A stretch of DNA of 64,000 nt from a virus, in IMG/VR virus record IMGVR_UViG_3300044998_001357, positions 1 through 64,000 of that record. One strand, 5' to 3'. The notes under the pieces were generated by a model. The model was not told the origin of the DNA, made no database searches, and saw only the letters and a list, made by a program, of their open reading frames with translations. The position numbers and the translations under genes are program-made. Below, piece after piece: positions 9,270-19,273 of this stretch. Each line of letters starts with the position of its first letter. Position 1 is the first letter of the stretch.

Positions 9270-10949
9270 ATGTCGACGGCAAGCGGAATTCGTGCAGGTG
9301 CTGCCTATGTAGAGTTAGGCGTCAAGGACAGCCGCCTCATCAAAGGTCTTGATGCGGCTGCCAAGAACCTGAGTGCGTTCGGCGCAAGCATTACTACGAT
9401 TGGTGCTCAAATTGCCGCGCTCGGTGCAGCTGCTGCCGTCCCTCTGTTTGCTCTTACCCAACAGGCGGGCAGCCTGGCCGATTCCTACGACAAGATGTCC
9501 GCGCGCACCGGGATCTCGACCGAAGCCCTGTCGCAGCTTGGATTTGCGGCCGAGCAATGTGGCAGCAATTTGGCCGAGCTAGAGCTTGGCCTCAAGTCAA
9601 TGCAGCGAGCGATTGCTTTGGGTGCAGCAGGCCCGGGCCTAGCCGGTCTGTCAGGTGACCAGCAGTTTGCGATCCTCGCCCAGAGGATTGCGAGCATCGA
9701 AGATCCCGCTCGGCGCACCGCTGAGGCCATAAAGATTTTCGGTCGGTCCGGTAACCGATTGGTGCCGCTGCTGTCCGAGGGAGCCGAGGGGGTGGCTAGG
9801 CTGCGCGCAGAGGCCGCCGCGCTCGGCCTGACCATGAGCCGCGAAGCGGCAACGGCAGGTGCTAAATATGCAGACGCTTGGAATCGTATGCAGCGCGTGC
9901 TGCGGTCGACCTGGATGGCGATCGGTGGCGCATTGGTTCCGGCGCTCACCGATTTGCTGGACAGAATTCTACCTGTCCAACTGGCAGTTATCGACTGGGT
10001 GCGCGCTAATGGGTCACTGGTGAGTTCTGTGGCGATGGTATCTGCGGGCCTGCTAACAGCGGGCGGTGCTTTGATCGCGCTTGGTATTTCTGTCTCATCG
10101 CTAGGCGTTTTGGTATCAACATTTGCTAGTGGGCTTGGATTGCTTGGGACATTGCTAGGCGTGGTGATTAGTCCGGTAGGGCTGCTGGTGTCTGCTTTGG
10201 TGGGGCTTGGAGCGGCCTGGGCGACAATGACCGATAGCGGCAAAACGGCTTTGGCCACGCTGTCCGGCCGTGGCAAAGAGGCTCTCGGCACGCTGGCGGG
10301 CGGATTCCAGCTACTGTATGCGCAGTTTATGGAGGCCTGGGGTGGGATACTGCAGGCCATCCGCGCAGGTAGACTAGAGCTTGCTTTCGAAATCGCCGCA
10401 GCGGCGATCGTGAAAGTGTGGTATGAAGCCATGCTTGCACTACGCAAAGCATGGAATTCAACCATTGATAGCTTTGTTAAAACCATACAAGCCAACCCAT
10501 GGATTCTCCCGCTCATTGGAGCGGCGGCGGGCGGTTCAGTGGGTGCAGTCCTTGGCCCTAAGGGCATTGTGGTCGGCGGTGCGATCGGCGCAGGAGCCGG
10601 TATCGGCGCGACGCTGCGAGCGGAGGAGCTTGGTGACCAGCTGCGAGTGTACACGCTCGCGGCGGAGATGCGCCTCGCAGACGCTCAGCGCAGGCTGGAG
10701 GAGCTACTCGCCCAGGCGCGGACATTGCCGCCACGAGCGACGCCTTCCGGCCCGCCCGGCAAATACCCCACGGCCGCCGAACTGCAGGCGACTCTGCAGG
10801 GCGCACGCGGCTCTTTCAATACACCTTTTGCCGCTCAACAACTTGGCCTAAGCGATCAAGTTAAAAAGCAAGAGGATTTGCTAAATGACTTATTAGGCGA
10901 AGTCAAGCAATTCAAAGAGCTAGTTCGAGGAGGGTTGTCGTTTCAATGA
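9270..10949 (+). CDS. Tail tape measure protein
   Basis: Ala/Gly/Leu-rich helical 559 aa; IRAGAAYVEL N-terminus; KMSARTGISTEALSQL; position. Confidence 0.85.
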   Translation: MSTASGIRAGAAYVELGVKDSRLIKGLDAAAKNLSAFGASITTIGAQIAALGAAAAVPLFALTQQAGSLADSYDKMSARTGISTEALSQLGFAAEQCGSNLAELELGLKSMQRAIALGAAGPGLAGLSGDQQFAILAQRIASIEDPARRTAEAIKIFGRSGNRLVPLLSEGAEGVARLRAEAAALGLTMSREAATAGAKYADAWNRMQRVLRSTWMAIGGALVPALTDLLDRILPVQLAVIDWVRANGSLVSSVAMVSAGLLTAGGALIALGISVSSLGVLVSTFASGLGLLGTLLGVVISPVGLLVSALVGLGAAWATMTDSGKTALATLSGRGKEALGTLAGGFQLLYAQFMEAWGGILQAIRAGRLELAFEIAAAAIVKVWYEAMLALRKAWNSTIDSFVKTIQANPWILPLIGAAAGGSVGAVLGPKGIVVGGAIGAGAGIGATLRAEELGDQLRVYTLAAEMRLADAQRRLEELLAQARTLPPRATPSGPPGKYPTAAELQATLQGARGSFNTPFAAQQLGLSDQVKKQEDLLNDLLGEVKQFKELVRGGLSFQ

Positions 10950-12034
10950 TTACTCTCATCGAGCGAAACACATCAAGACAAGTACGTTATGGCGTGACAG
11001 GAGGGAGCGAAACTCTGCTGTACACGGCCTCCGGCTCGTCCGATCAGGCGGCTGTGTACGCGGCGGTAATCGCTAACACTCCGACTGTCTGGGATGGATT
11101 CGTCCGCCGAGAGGTGCGCCTCCGGCCGATGGGAGACGACGCCCACTGGGAGGTCGAGGTAGAGTACGGCACTCTGGGACAGGATGGCACGCTGGACCCG
11201 GTCGGCACGACACCAAGCCTGACTAGCCCTGCTCCGTCCTCGCTGACGGAGCCGTTGCTGGGCGGCTATTCTTTCGACCTGACCGCCGAGACGGTGCGTA
11301 TCACGCAGTCGCTGCGCACTGTCGGCCGCGTGGCAGCAGGCCCGCCAGAAGCTGCAGGCGTCACTCTGGCAGTAGTCGCCACGCCGCTGACTGTCACGCC
11401 TGCGCCGGACACGGTGTCGGCAGACCAGGTTGGCCAGACGCTGTGGATCACCGGCGGACCATCGGCCTGGGTACGAGGAGGCTATCGCATCGTAGCCGTA
11501 GACGTGCCTAACAATCGCTGGACCCTTGACCGATCGCCTGCGCCTCTCGGCACGACCAACGGCCAATGGACACTGCTACCACAAGCGCCAAATTACCAGG
11601 GCGCAATTGGCGTCAATGATGACAGGATCGATGGCGCAGATATTTTCGGACCTCGGTTTGAATGGTCACGCACGGTATCATTACCAATAGTGACACGCGC
11701 CTATTTGATCACGCTGAGAAACCTTACTGGCACCAAGAATTCAAGGCGCTTTTATGGCTCGCAACCAGGTGAGGTGTTGTATCTTGGCGCGACCGGCACA
11801 TACACGCTAGGCGAGCGATGGAGCGTCACGCATCGCTTTGCCGAGCGAGCCAACCAGGTCGACTTGACAATCACTCCTAATCTGACCATTCCCCTCAAGC
11901 GGGGCTGGGAATATCTCTGGGTGCGCTATCTGCCTGAGGTGGTGGACGGCCGAGTCCTGCACCGAGCGGCCGCCGCTTACCTGGAGGATGTGATCCCCGA
12001 CGGCGACTTCGCTCTCATTGGAATAGGAGAGTGA
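10946..12034 (+). CDS. Putative distal tail/tail tip protein
   Basis: Coupled to tape measure; beta-rich; GAIGV...GEVLYLGA...KRGWEYLWVRY. Confidence 0.55.
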   Translation: MITLIERNTSRQVRYGVTGGSETLLYTASGSSDQAAVYAAVIANTPTVWDGFVRREVRLRPMGDDAHWEVEVEYGTLGQDGTLDPVGTTPSLTSPAPSSLTEPLLGGYSFDLTAETVRITQSLRTVGRVAAGPPEAAGVTLAVVATPLTVTPAPDTVSADQVGQTLWITGGPSAWVRGGYRIVAVDVPNNRWTLDRSPAPLGTTNGQWTLLPQAPNYQGAIGVNDDRIDGADIFGPRFEWSRTVSLPIVTRAYLITLRNLTGTKNSRRFYGSQPGEVLYLGATGTYTLGERWSVTHRFAERANQVDLTITPNLTIPLKRGWEYLWVRYLPEVVDGRVLHRAAAAYLEDVIPDGDFALIGIGE

Positions 12035-12035
12035 G

Positions 12036-13739
12036 ATGGATCCGCTTAAGCCTGTCCAGCCTGGAACGCCCGTCGGAAGAGCATTACATGCTCAGACGTT
12101 TAATCTCTTGCTGGACGCTGCGCAGCTGGCGCGGGGTTTGCGCGGCCAAGAGGTCGGCTCTGCTCCGGCGGGACTGCTGGATGTGCAGCCTTGCACGACC
12201 GTCTGGGTTCGAGCGCATGCAGATCTACCGATCGGTAGCGTGCTGTCGTTGGCTGGTGTTGCTGCCTGGGATCCCGAGGCGGACGCCACCACGGCAGCAC
12301 GTCGTCCGGCGTTTGACAGTGCGGCCCCGGTCGGCGGCAAGCCCTGCGTGATCCTGCAAGAGCCTGCCCTCGAAGGGCAGCTAGCGCGGGCGGCGATCTC
12401 GGGCGCAGCGCTGGTCCGGCTGATCGTCGACTCCGACACTCCCTATCCTTACGCTGTCGTCCAGCCTGGCGAGACAGGCTCAATGCTCAACGCCCCGGCA
12501 GGAGCGGCCCGCGTTCTGTGGGTGGAGGACAGCGAAGAGACTGAGCGTTGGGCGGTAGTCAGGCTAGGCGACTCGACAGCCCAGACTCCAGTCTGGGCCA
12601 GGGCGCTAACATCAGTTTCTGATGATAACGGCACTTATGTATCAATTGTTCAATGGTGGATTCAGCCTAACCAAAACGATCCACCCGCATGGCAAAGCTT
12701 CGATTTGATTCGAGCCAAACCGGCCAACGACGAGATACCCGATACCAGCAAACGGTACTTGTGTACACCAACGAGCGTCGTATCCGATGACGGCTTGCCG
12801 GTGTATATCATGGACGTTTCCTGCTGTGGTGTTGATCCGCCGCCCGATCCGCCGTCCAATCCGCCGTCCAATCCGCCGCCCGACACGACATTCATCCAGT
12901 CATGCTGTGGCCCGCAACTCCGACGACAGCGCGTGCAAATGGTATTCGCCGAACCGGGCTATGTATCCAGGCTCCGAGACGTCTGCATGCCTGGATACCC
13001 CGACGTCATTGAAGGATACATTGAGTGGGACGGTTCAAGGTCATGGGAGGGATACATTCAGCACACCCACAACGGCATCACGGTTACTCTTTATGTGAGT
13101 ATCCGTTGTACAGAAAATGTCTCTCTGATGGTGTCGTTCTACACGCTGGCCATCACGGGGCTGCAGGGGCCAATCTGCAGTCCGACTCTTTTAGGGTCGC
13201 GCAACTCTTGGAACTGGAGCTATCTTGCCGAGACGGTCTGCAATCCGCTGTGTGAGCAAGTGGCTATGTGGCCGGAGACGTACGACACGTTGGCGCGACT
13301 CCGAATTGGCAGCGGCTGCCCGGCTTTGCCTGTTGGCGATCCTCCCTCTACGTGCTGCCCAACGTCTACAGTGTGGTGCGTCGATCTCTCCAACATGCCC
13401 AATCCAGGAGCAGGCAACTGCAGCGGTGGAGCACAAGCGTACACGTTCAATCATAAGTTTGATTGTGTATGGGAAGCCATTGGAACAAATGGCTGGACTG
13501 CTCTATTTGATCCGAGTATTTCTTATGTTGAGTTTTATCGCAACGGCGCATTCCGAGTAAGCTACGAAGGCTCACCTGTAACAGACTGCAGCGCACCTCT
13601 CGTGATGTCGATGTTCGAGGCTGCGTGCGATTGGCCGCAGCAGGTGACCTTCAACCCTGGAGCTTGTGGTGAGGGGCCACCACCGCCACCACCGCCGCCG
13701 CCGCCACCGCCACCGCCACCACCACCGCCGCCGCAGTAA
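12036..13739 (+). CDS. Putative tail protein with Cys-rich modules and C-terminal poly-Pro
   Basis: Several CC motifs, PPSN repeats, 19 consecutive Pro at C-terminus. Confidence 0.6.
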   Translation: MDPLKPVQPGTPVGRALHAQTFNLLLDAAQLARGLRGQEVGSAPAGLLDVQPCTTVWVRAHADLPIGSVLSLAGVAAWDPEADATTAARRPAFDSAAPVGGKPCVILQEPALEGQLARAAISGAALVRLIVDSDTPYPYAVVQPGETGSMLNAPAGAARVLWVEDSEETERWAVVRLGDSTAQTPVWARALTSVSDDNGTYVSIVQWWIQPNQNDPPAWQSFDLIRAKPANDEIPDTSKRYLCTPTSVVSDDGLPVYIMDVSCCGVDPPPDPPSNPPSNPPPDTTFIQSCCGPQLRRQRVQMVFAEPGYVSRLRDVCMPGYPDVIEGYIEWDGSRSWEGYIQHTHNGITVTLYVSIRCTENVSLMVSFYTLAITGLQGPICSPTLLGSRNSWNWSYLAETVCNPLCEQVAMWPETYDTLARLRIGSGCPALPVGDPPSTCCPTSTVWCVDLSNMPNPGAGNCSGGAQAYTFNHKFDCVWEAIGTNGWTALFDPSISYVEFYRNGAFRVSYEGSPVTDCSAPLVMSMFEAACDWPQQVTFNPGACGEGPPPPPPPPPPPPPPPPPPPQ

Positions 13740-13758
13740 TTACACCAGGACCAGGATT

Positions 13759-14013
13759 ATGACACCTGAGCAAAAACGAGAGGAGTTTTACCGGCGCATC
13801 GCTCAGCATGCGCATCTGCTCCGGGTGACCGACCGCCTTAAGCCCTGCAGACATCGAGGTGAGGCGACCGGCGAGACAGGCGGGTGTCGCTCCTGCGGAG
13901 GCGTGCGACAGGTGCCTCTGTACGCCTGCGCCGTGCATGGGACGTGCTCCCTGTGGGAGCCGACGGACAGGACCGAGCACTACTGTGGACGATGTCCAGA
14001 GAGGGAAGCATGA
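13759..14013 (+). CDS. Small Cys-rich (metal-binding) protein
   Basis: CRHRG...CRSC...YACAVHGTC...CGRC; AGGA RBS. Confidence 0.6.
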   Translation: MTPEQKREEFYRRIAQHAHLLRVTDRLKPCRHRGEATGETGGCRSCGGVRQVPLYACAVHGTCSLWEPTDRTEHYCGRCPEREA

Positions 14014-14114
14014 GCGCAGCACTAGGATTCGATCCCTCTTCGGCGATGCGGCGGCTGAGGCGAGACGTGCCTCTTGCCGAGGCCAAAGCTCTTGTGGCAG
14101 CACGGGAGGTCTAA
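14010..14114 (+). CDS. Very small hypothetical protein
   Basis: ATGA overlap with previous stop and GAGGG RBS; fills the gap exactly. Confidence 0.35.
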   Translation: MSAALGFDPSSAMRRLRRDVPLAEAKALVAAREV

Positions 14115-14115
14115 G

Positions 14116-15465
14116 ATGCCACTTGACGAATTCTACATCCAAACCACTGGCTCGAATATGAATTCGGGCACGACTACTTCAGACACACCCACAATTGATG
14201 TTCCTAACGGGAACTGGAATAGTTCGACACATGTATTCATCGCTCCGGGCGGCACCCCTTTTGCCTCGGCAACCGTGGGCGATTGGGCGCATGTCTCACT
14301 CGACAATGCGACCACGCCGGCACGATTCGCAAAGATCGTCTCCATCACGGGCGGCGGCAGCACGATCACACTCTCCTCGGAAGATACAATGGGCACCTCT
14401 CCCACCACGGGCACTACGGGCCGACGGGTGCGTATTGGTGGCGCGTGGGCCGACCTGGGCGTGACATCTGCCATCACCGGCTCCAATAGCACCGTGGGAA
14501 TAAGGGTGAATGTGCGCGCTGGCACCTATTCCAATACGACAAACGATCGCACGTTGGCACGCAGCGGGCTAACGAATGCAATTATGCATTGGCGTGGCTA
14601 TAACACCACACCTGGCGACTGTGACACAGATTATTCCTTAGCGCGTCCCACCCTTACCTTTACAACCGGACGGCTTCTTGTGAGCGGGGCGCATCAATAT
14701 GTAAAAAACTTTGTTGTTACAGGAGCACAAATCAGCAGTTCGCAGTTGCGAATTAGTGGTGCCAACGTAACGCTGCGTCGCGTTTGGGTCGAATGCACTT
14801 CAGCCAACGCTAACGGTCGGGCCTTCGGCACAACTGGCACAGATTGTAGTATCTTCAATTGCTACTTCAAGGCGGCTGCTCAAGCCGACGTTACGGAATT
14901 ATTGCCAGCTGGCACGCAGCTACATAATTGCGTATTTGATTCAGGTAACAACGGTACAAGCGTGGGCGCGGCCACAGCGGTGATTATAGAGGGCTGTATC
15001 TTTCGTGGCCAAGCGGCCGACGGAGTGCGGATCACAAATAATACGCGCATGAGCATCATCAGCTGCACCTTCCACGCCCAGGGCGATAATGGCATCAATA
15101 TTACAACCTTGCCGTCTTCTCTAGTAATCAGCAAGTGCTACTTTTCTTCTATCACCGGAACAGCCATTCGAAACGGCACGGCCAACGACACGAACTTGGT
15201 GCGGCGCTCTCGCTGCGTTTTCTACAACTGTGGCATCAACGAGAGCGGATTCGGTGATGCGCCCCACTTCGACGCGCGCACCGACAGCAGCAATCCGTTT
15301 GTCAATGCCGGCGCGGGTAATTTTGCACTGGCTAACACCAGTAGCGGCTACGCGCCAGCATCGCCTTTTGAGGGCCTGGCGACAACTGTGTCGTATGCCG
15401 ACATCGGGGCAGTGCAGCACCAGGACGCCGGTGGTGGCTCAACGATTATCGTAGTGGAGGATTAA
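14116..15465 (+). CDS. Right-handed parallel beta-helix protein (tailspike-like)
   Basis: Repeated I.NC.F / I.GC.F / I.SC.F coils; C-terminal DIGAVQ; GGAGG RBS. Confidence 0.75.
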   Translation: MPLDEFYIQTTGSNMNSGTTTSDTPTIDVPNGNWNSSTHVFIAPGGTPFASATVGDWAHVSLDNATTPARFAKIVSITGGGSTITLSSEDTMGTSPTTGTTGRRVRIGGAWADLGVTSAITGSNSTVGIRVNVRAGTYSNTTNDRTLARSGLTNAIMHWRGYNTTPGDCDTDYSLARPTLTFTTGRLLVSGAHQYVKNFVVTGAQISSSQLRISGANVTLRRVWVECTSANANGRAFGTTGTDCSIFNCYFKAAAQADVTELLPAGTQLHNCVFDSGNNGTSVGAATAVIIEGCIFRGQAADGVRITNNTRMSIISCTFHAQGDNGINITTLPSSLVISKCYFSSITGTAIRNGTANDTNLVRRSRCVFYNCGINESGFGDAPHFDARTDSSNPFVNAGAGNFALANTSSGYAPASPFEGLATTVSYADIGAVQHQDAGGGSTIIVVED

Positions 15466-15469
15466 TCTC

Positions 15470-16957
15470 ATGGCTTACGATGAGACAATTGTTGCTGGCA
15501 CTGTTTCAAAGATTATTGAAGTGTGCTTGCGCGATTCTACCACGGGGCAGGGCAAGACGGGGCTGGCTCACAGTGCCGTCACGGCCCGCTACGTCCGCGA
15601 GGGCGGCACGGCCACTACGATCACGCTGAGCGCGGGCACGGCGGGAGATTCTTACAGCAGCGGCAAATGGGCGCAGGTAGACGCCACCAACATGCGTGGC
15701 GTTTACCAATTTCACGTCCCTAACGCGGCCCTCGCGTCGGGCGCTCGGGCGGTGACGATCACCTTTCAAGCGGCAGGTACGTTGGATAAACAGATTCGCA
15801 TCTGCCTTGTAGCGGTGGATCAGTACGACGCGGTGCGCGCAGGGCTGACGGCGCTACCCAATGTCGCGGCCAACGCGGTGGGCGGCCTGCCTGTGCTGGA
15901 CGCGGCTAGTACCGTGCCGGCAAACGTAACCCGATTCGGCGGCACGGCGGGAACTTTTGCAAGTGGTCGTCCCGAGGTCAATGCGACACACTGGGGAGGC
16001 ACCGCCGTCGGCAGCGCCAATGTGCGCGCGAACATCGTGCAAGTGGCGGGACAGACTGCCAATGCTTCAGCGAGTGTGTCCTTCCCCGCGTCGATCGGCA
16101 CCAGCACCTTGGACGCGGCAGGGGTGCGCTTGGCGGTTGGCTTGGCCTCGGCCAATCTCGACACGCAGTTAAGCAGCATCCCCACGGCGGCTGCCAACGC
16201 CACGGCGGTGCGCAGCGAACTCACCACGGAGCTAGGCCGCATCGACGTGAGCATCTCCTCGCGGCTGCCAACGGCCTCGTACACTGCGCCGGCTACGGTA
16301 GCCGCCATTGCCAGTGAAGTGGACACCGTGCTGACAGCGGCGCATGGGTCGGGGTCGTGGCAGACCGGTACAGGTGGCGGTACAGACTGGACCGCCGACG
16401 AACGCGCGGCGATTCGGGCAATCCTGGGTGTGCCGCTGTCGGGTACGACGCCGGTCATCCCCACCGAAGGCGTGCTCGACGCGATCAGGGACCAAGTGCT
16501 CCCGCTGACCTACACCGTTCCGAATCGGGTCGATGCAAGCGCGACGGTCACTGTGGGGCCGGAAACAGTGGATGAGATCGCCGAGGGCGTGGTCGGCAGG
16601 CTAGGCTCAGCCACCGTCCGGCTTGTCTCTCCGCTTACGCCGGATGGAGGACTGATCACCATACTGCGGGGCGACGATTACCATGCCGCCGACCGTCAAG
16701 TGTACGAGTGGACCGAGGAGGCTGCAGGCTGGCCGGTGCTTACCGGCGCATCCATCGAGCTACGGCTCAACGAGAGCGGCCCAGTGATTGCAGGGTCCGT
16801 ACTCGTTGATACCGGCAGTGCCAAAAAGGTCCGCGTCGAGATCACACGCGCACAATCTCTCACAGCCCAATCAGGCATTTTCCGGCTTGTAGCGATCCTT
16901 CACCCATCAGGGCGTGAAGTAACGCTTAAGCGAGGCAAAGTAATTACTTTATGGTAG
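15470..16957 (+). CDS. Putative virion structural/fiber protein
   Basis: Ala/Thr/Gly-rich 495 aa in the tail operon; GGAGG RBS. Confidence 0.55.
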   Translation: MAYDETIVAGTVSKIIEVCLRDSTTGQGKTGLAHSAVTARYVREGGTATTITLSAGTAGDSYSSGKWAQVDATNMRGVYQFHVPNAALASGARAVTITFQAAGTLDKQIRICLVAVDQYDAVRAGLTALPNVAANAVGGLPVLDAASTVPANVTRFGGTAGTFASGRPEVNATHWGGTAVGSANVRANIVQVAGQTANASASVSFPASIGTSTLDAAGVRLAVGLASANLDTQLSSIPTAAANATAVRSELTTELGRIDVSISSRLPTASYTAPATVAAIASEVDTVLTAAHGSGSWQTGTGGGTDWTADERAAIRAILGVPLSGTTPVIPTEGVLDAIRDQVLPLTYTVPNRVDASATVTVGPETVDEIAEGVVGRLGSATVRLVSPLTPDGGLITILRGDDYHAADRQVYEWTEEAAGWPVLTGASIELRLNESGPVIAGSVLVDTGSAKKVRVEITRAQSLTAQSGIFRLVAILHPSGREVTLKRGKVITLW

Positions 16958-16960
16958 ACC

Positions 16961-17251
16961 ATGGATAAACACATGCAACCAGACAATGTTCAGTTGATTC
17001 GTCCAGCACCAATCAAAATTGATGCTGACAATGCGATAAAAGAACTAAAAGATATTCTATCCAAGCCAATACGTTTTGAGTTGGATGCAGCCAAGACGGT
17101 TGCGCAGGTCGAGCGCCTGGCTGATCGGCTGGAGAGCCAGGCGGTTTCCGCTGCCTGGTGGGCGGGCTGCGGCGCAGGCGGCCTGTCTGTCGGAGGGGTC
17201 GTGTTGATGCTTGCAATGATGGCATCAATACTTGGGAGGGCTAAGCGATGA
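16961..17251 (+). CDS. Small membrane protein (holin-position)
   Basis: C-terminal hydrophobic segment followed by basic tail; coupled to protease gene. Confidence 0.45.
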   Translation: MDKHMQPDNVQLIRPAPIKIDADNAIKELKDILSKPIRFELDAAKTVAQVERLADRLESQAVSAAWWAGCGAGGLSVGGVVLMLAMMASILGRAKR

Positions 17252-18321
17252 GACGAGCTCTTATGTGTCTGTTGGCTGTGACGCTTTTGGTTGTAGGCAC
17301 TGGAAGCGCCACTACGCATATGTTAGGCCCTGCCAAGGCGCAGGCCTGCGAGGCCAAAATTAATGCGCCTGCGCGCATCCTAGAGCACAGGCTGTTTGTG
17401 GCCAGCCCTGAGTGCAAAACAGAAGGCGCGGTTTATCTGTGGGACGTGTCCCCAGAGGATGTAGCCGACACGCTAATCGAGGGGGACCGGCTCATTATGG
17501 CCGCTCCGCCGGGCACGTATAAAATACGCTTAACTGTGCTTACCATTAAAGACGGCAAACTGCAACGACCTCAAGTATGCCGTCATGTGGTGGTCGTCGA
17601 GCGATCGGGCCAGGCTCCTCCGGTGACGCCACCCGGTTCTGGTCCTGGCCCGGGTACACCCAAGCCGCCCGAGGGAGGGGCGAAGCCGAACCCCGCTAAG
17701 GCGTTGGGCCGCATTCAATTTGGCAATGCCGGCTGCACGGCAACGCCGATCTGGCCGCCTCGCGCCGACGGCCGATGGGACATCATCACCGCCGCACACT
17801 GCATGCAGGGCGTTGGGTCGCGGGGAACATTCACGACCCAGGATGGACGACGCATACCTGTGCGAGTGGTGGTCCACGAGCGCGGCTCCGACCTGGCTTG
17901 GCTGGTCACAGAGTCGCCGGTGGAGTCGCTGGATTACGCGGTGTTGGCCAAGCGGATGCCGGAGCCTGGGGCCAAGGTGTGGCACGCAGGTTATGGCGTG
18001 GATCGGCCTGGCAACCGCGAAGAGGGCGAATTAATCAACGCTGAAGCAGGACAATATCAAGCTACGTACATGATCAGCGTGTCGTCAGGCGATTCAGGCG
18101 GAGGTATATTCAGCGATGCCACCGGCGAATGGCTAGGTGCTGTCTGCTGCACACGCGCTAAGGGGGTCCGGGCGACCGTCTGGGCCGGTCATGCTCTCCG
18201 CGCTGCGGCCCTGCGGCCAGGCGCAAATACAGAAGCACAGCTGCTAGATAAATATATAATTCCGCGCGGGGCCGAACACCCTATCCTCATTGAGGATACG
18301 GCGGCGCGTCCGGCGAAATAA
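17248..18321 (+). CDS. Secreted trypsin-like (S1) serine protease
   Basis: Signal peptide, Pro/Gly linker, catalytic motifs TAAHC, SDLAWL, GDSGGG. Confidence 0.85.
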   Translation: MRRALMCLLAVTLLVVGTGSATTHMLGPAKAQACEAKINAPARILEHRLFVASPECKTEGAVYLWDVSPEDVADTLIEGDRLIMAAPPGTYKIRLTVLTIKDGKLQRPQVCRHVVVVERSGQAPPVTPPGSGPGPGTPKPPEGGAKPNPAKALGRIQFGNAGCTATPIWPPRADGRWDIITAAHCMQGVGSRGTFTTQDGRRIPVRVVVHERGSDLAWLVTESPVESLDYAVLAKRMPEPGAKVWHAGYGVDRPGNREEGELINAEAGQYQATYMISVSSGDSGGGIFSDATGEWLGAVCCTRAKGVRATVWAGHALRAAALRPGANTEAQLLDKYIIPRGAEHPILIEDTAARPAK

Positions 18322-18331
18322 CTGCCGGACG

Positions 18332-18366
18332 GAAAAGCAAAAGGGCCGGGAGATTCTCCCGGCCCT
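18332..18366 (-). terminator. Intrinsic terminator between convergent genes
   Basis: Perfect inverted repeat AGGGCCGGGA/TCCCGGCCCT with T-rich tail on the minus strand. Confidence 0.75.
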
Positions 18367-18368
18367 AG

Positions 18369-18629
18369 TCATTCAGTCTTGCGCGGCCGCCCTCGGCGTT
18401 TGCCGGGCGGTTTTTTCGCCGCTACCTCCACCTCCGCCACGGGTAGTGGCGGGGCATCCACCACGTAACGGCAAGTGGGCGGCGCGGCAAGATGCCGCGC
18501 AATCGCATGCTCTAGCTCGGCTCGGTAGGTCCGCCCGTTGGCAACCGCCAGGGCCTCGATCTCCGAATCGAGAGTCTCGTCGATCTCGACGAACCTGGCC
18601 CGACGGCCGGGTTTTGCTGTGTCCGTCAT
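18369..18629 (-). CDS. Ribbon-helix-helix (Arc-like) regulator
   Basis: RFVEIDETLDSEIEALAVANGRTYRAELEHAI; AGGAGG RBS; divergent from early operon. Confidence 0.7.
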   Translation of the reverse strand: MTDTAKPGRRARFVEIDETLDSEIEALAVANGRTYRAELEHAIARHLAAPPTCRYVVDAPPLPVAEVEVAAKKPPGKRRGRPRKTE

Positions 18630-18706
18630 CGTACACCTCCTCGCTCCTATCATACACCATCCCGAGCGAGATATAGACGCGGCCAAGAAAATTTTGGAAA
18701 ATCCTC

Positions 18707-18735
18707 TTGACTCCGGTCTAGATGGAGTATATATT
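18707..18735 (+). promoter_or_regulatory. Sigma70-like early promoter with palindromic operator candidate
   Basis: TTGACT-17 nt-TATATT; ACTCC-N9-GGAGT inverted repeat overlapping the spacer. Confidence 0.7.
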
Positions 18736-18781
18736 GAAGGTGTAAGGCAAACGCAACCACTAAACCAAAGGAGTCCGTGAA

Positions 18782-19156
18782 ATGGCTACGATCGAACTGA
18801 ATGGTGTCCAGTTGACCCTTGAGATCTTGCCGTTCGAGTCGAACGACCAAGGCGGCTGGCACAACGCCATCGTGACCACCCCCGACGGTCAGACGATTCA
18901 TGTCGGCGGGGGGTGGGTGCACTCGGCGGAATCCGCTTCGCACGACAATCGCTGCAGCGGATTGGCGGTGGACACTTGCCCCGAGGTCCGTTGGCCCGGG
19001 GCCACAAAGGAAGGCGACTTCGAGCCGTATGATGCCGCCGACATCGGCGATTTGGACGGCCTAATGCGGGCCGTCGGCCTCTCCTCGCAGGAGAGGCAGC
19101 AGGCCGTATCTGCTATCCAGGACGCCTCGCGTGAGGCGTTCCTCGGGCTGGACTGA
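18782..19156 (+). CDS. Hypothetical early protein (acidic)
   Basis: AAGGAG RBS; first gene after promoter. Confidence 0.7.
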   Translation: MATIELNGVQLTLEILPFESNDQGGWHNAIVTTPDGQTIHVGGGWVHSAESASHDNRCSGLAVDTCPEVRWPGATKEGDFEPYDAADIGDLDGLMRAVGLSSQERQQAVSAIQDASREAFLGLD

Positions 19157-19237
19157 GCAGAGTGGCCCGCTCTCTGTGGGGAGAGCGGGTTAATGCCCCG
19201 ACGCTGTATGGTGCAGCGTCGGCCGTCACAAGGCGGC
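19157..19237 (+). ncRNA. Twister ribozyme, circularly permuted (type-P5-like), copy 1
   Basis: GCA-GA-GUG-[P1 hairpin]-UAA-UGC-C-CC-[P3 hairpin]-GCCG-UCAC-AA-GG-CGGC; P2 UGC/GCA, pseudoknots GUG/CAC and CC/GG; predicted cut U19191^A19192. Confidence 0.85.
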
Positions 19238-19273
19238 ATTCGTGCGGGGACCGCCCCGCAGGAGGAGAGACCA

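Noticed and set aside
9485-10654. 389-aa minus-strand ORF and similar long antisense ORFs in the GC-rich module
   Set aside because: Shadows of GC-rich plus-strand genes with no motifs
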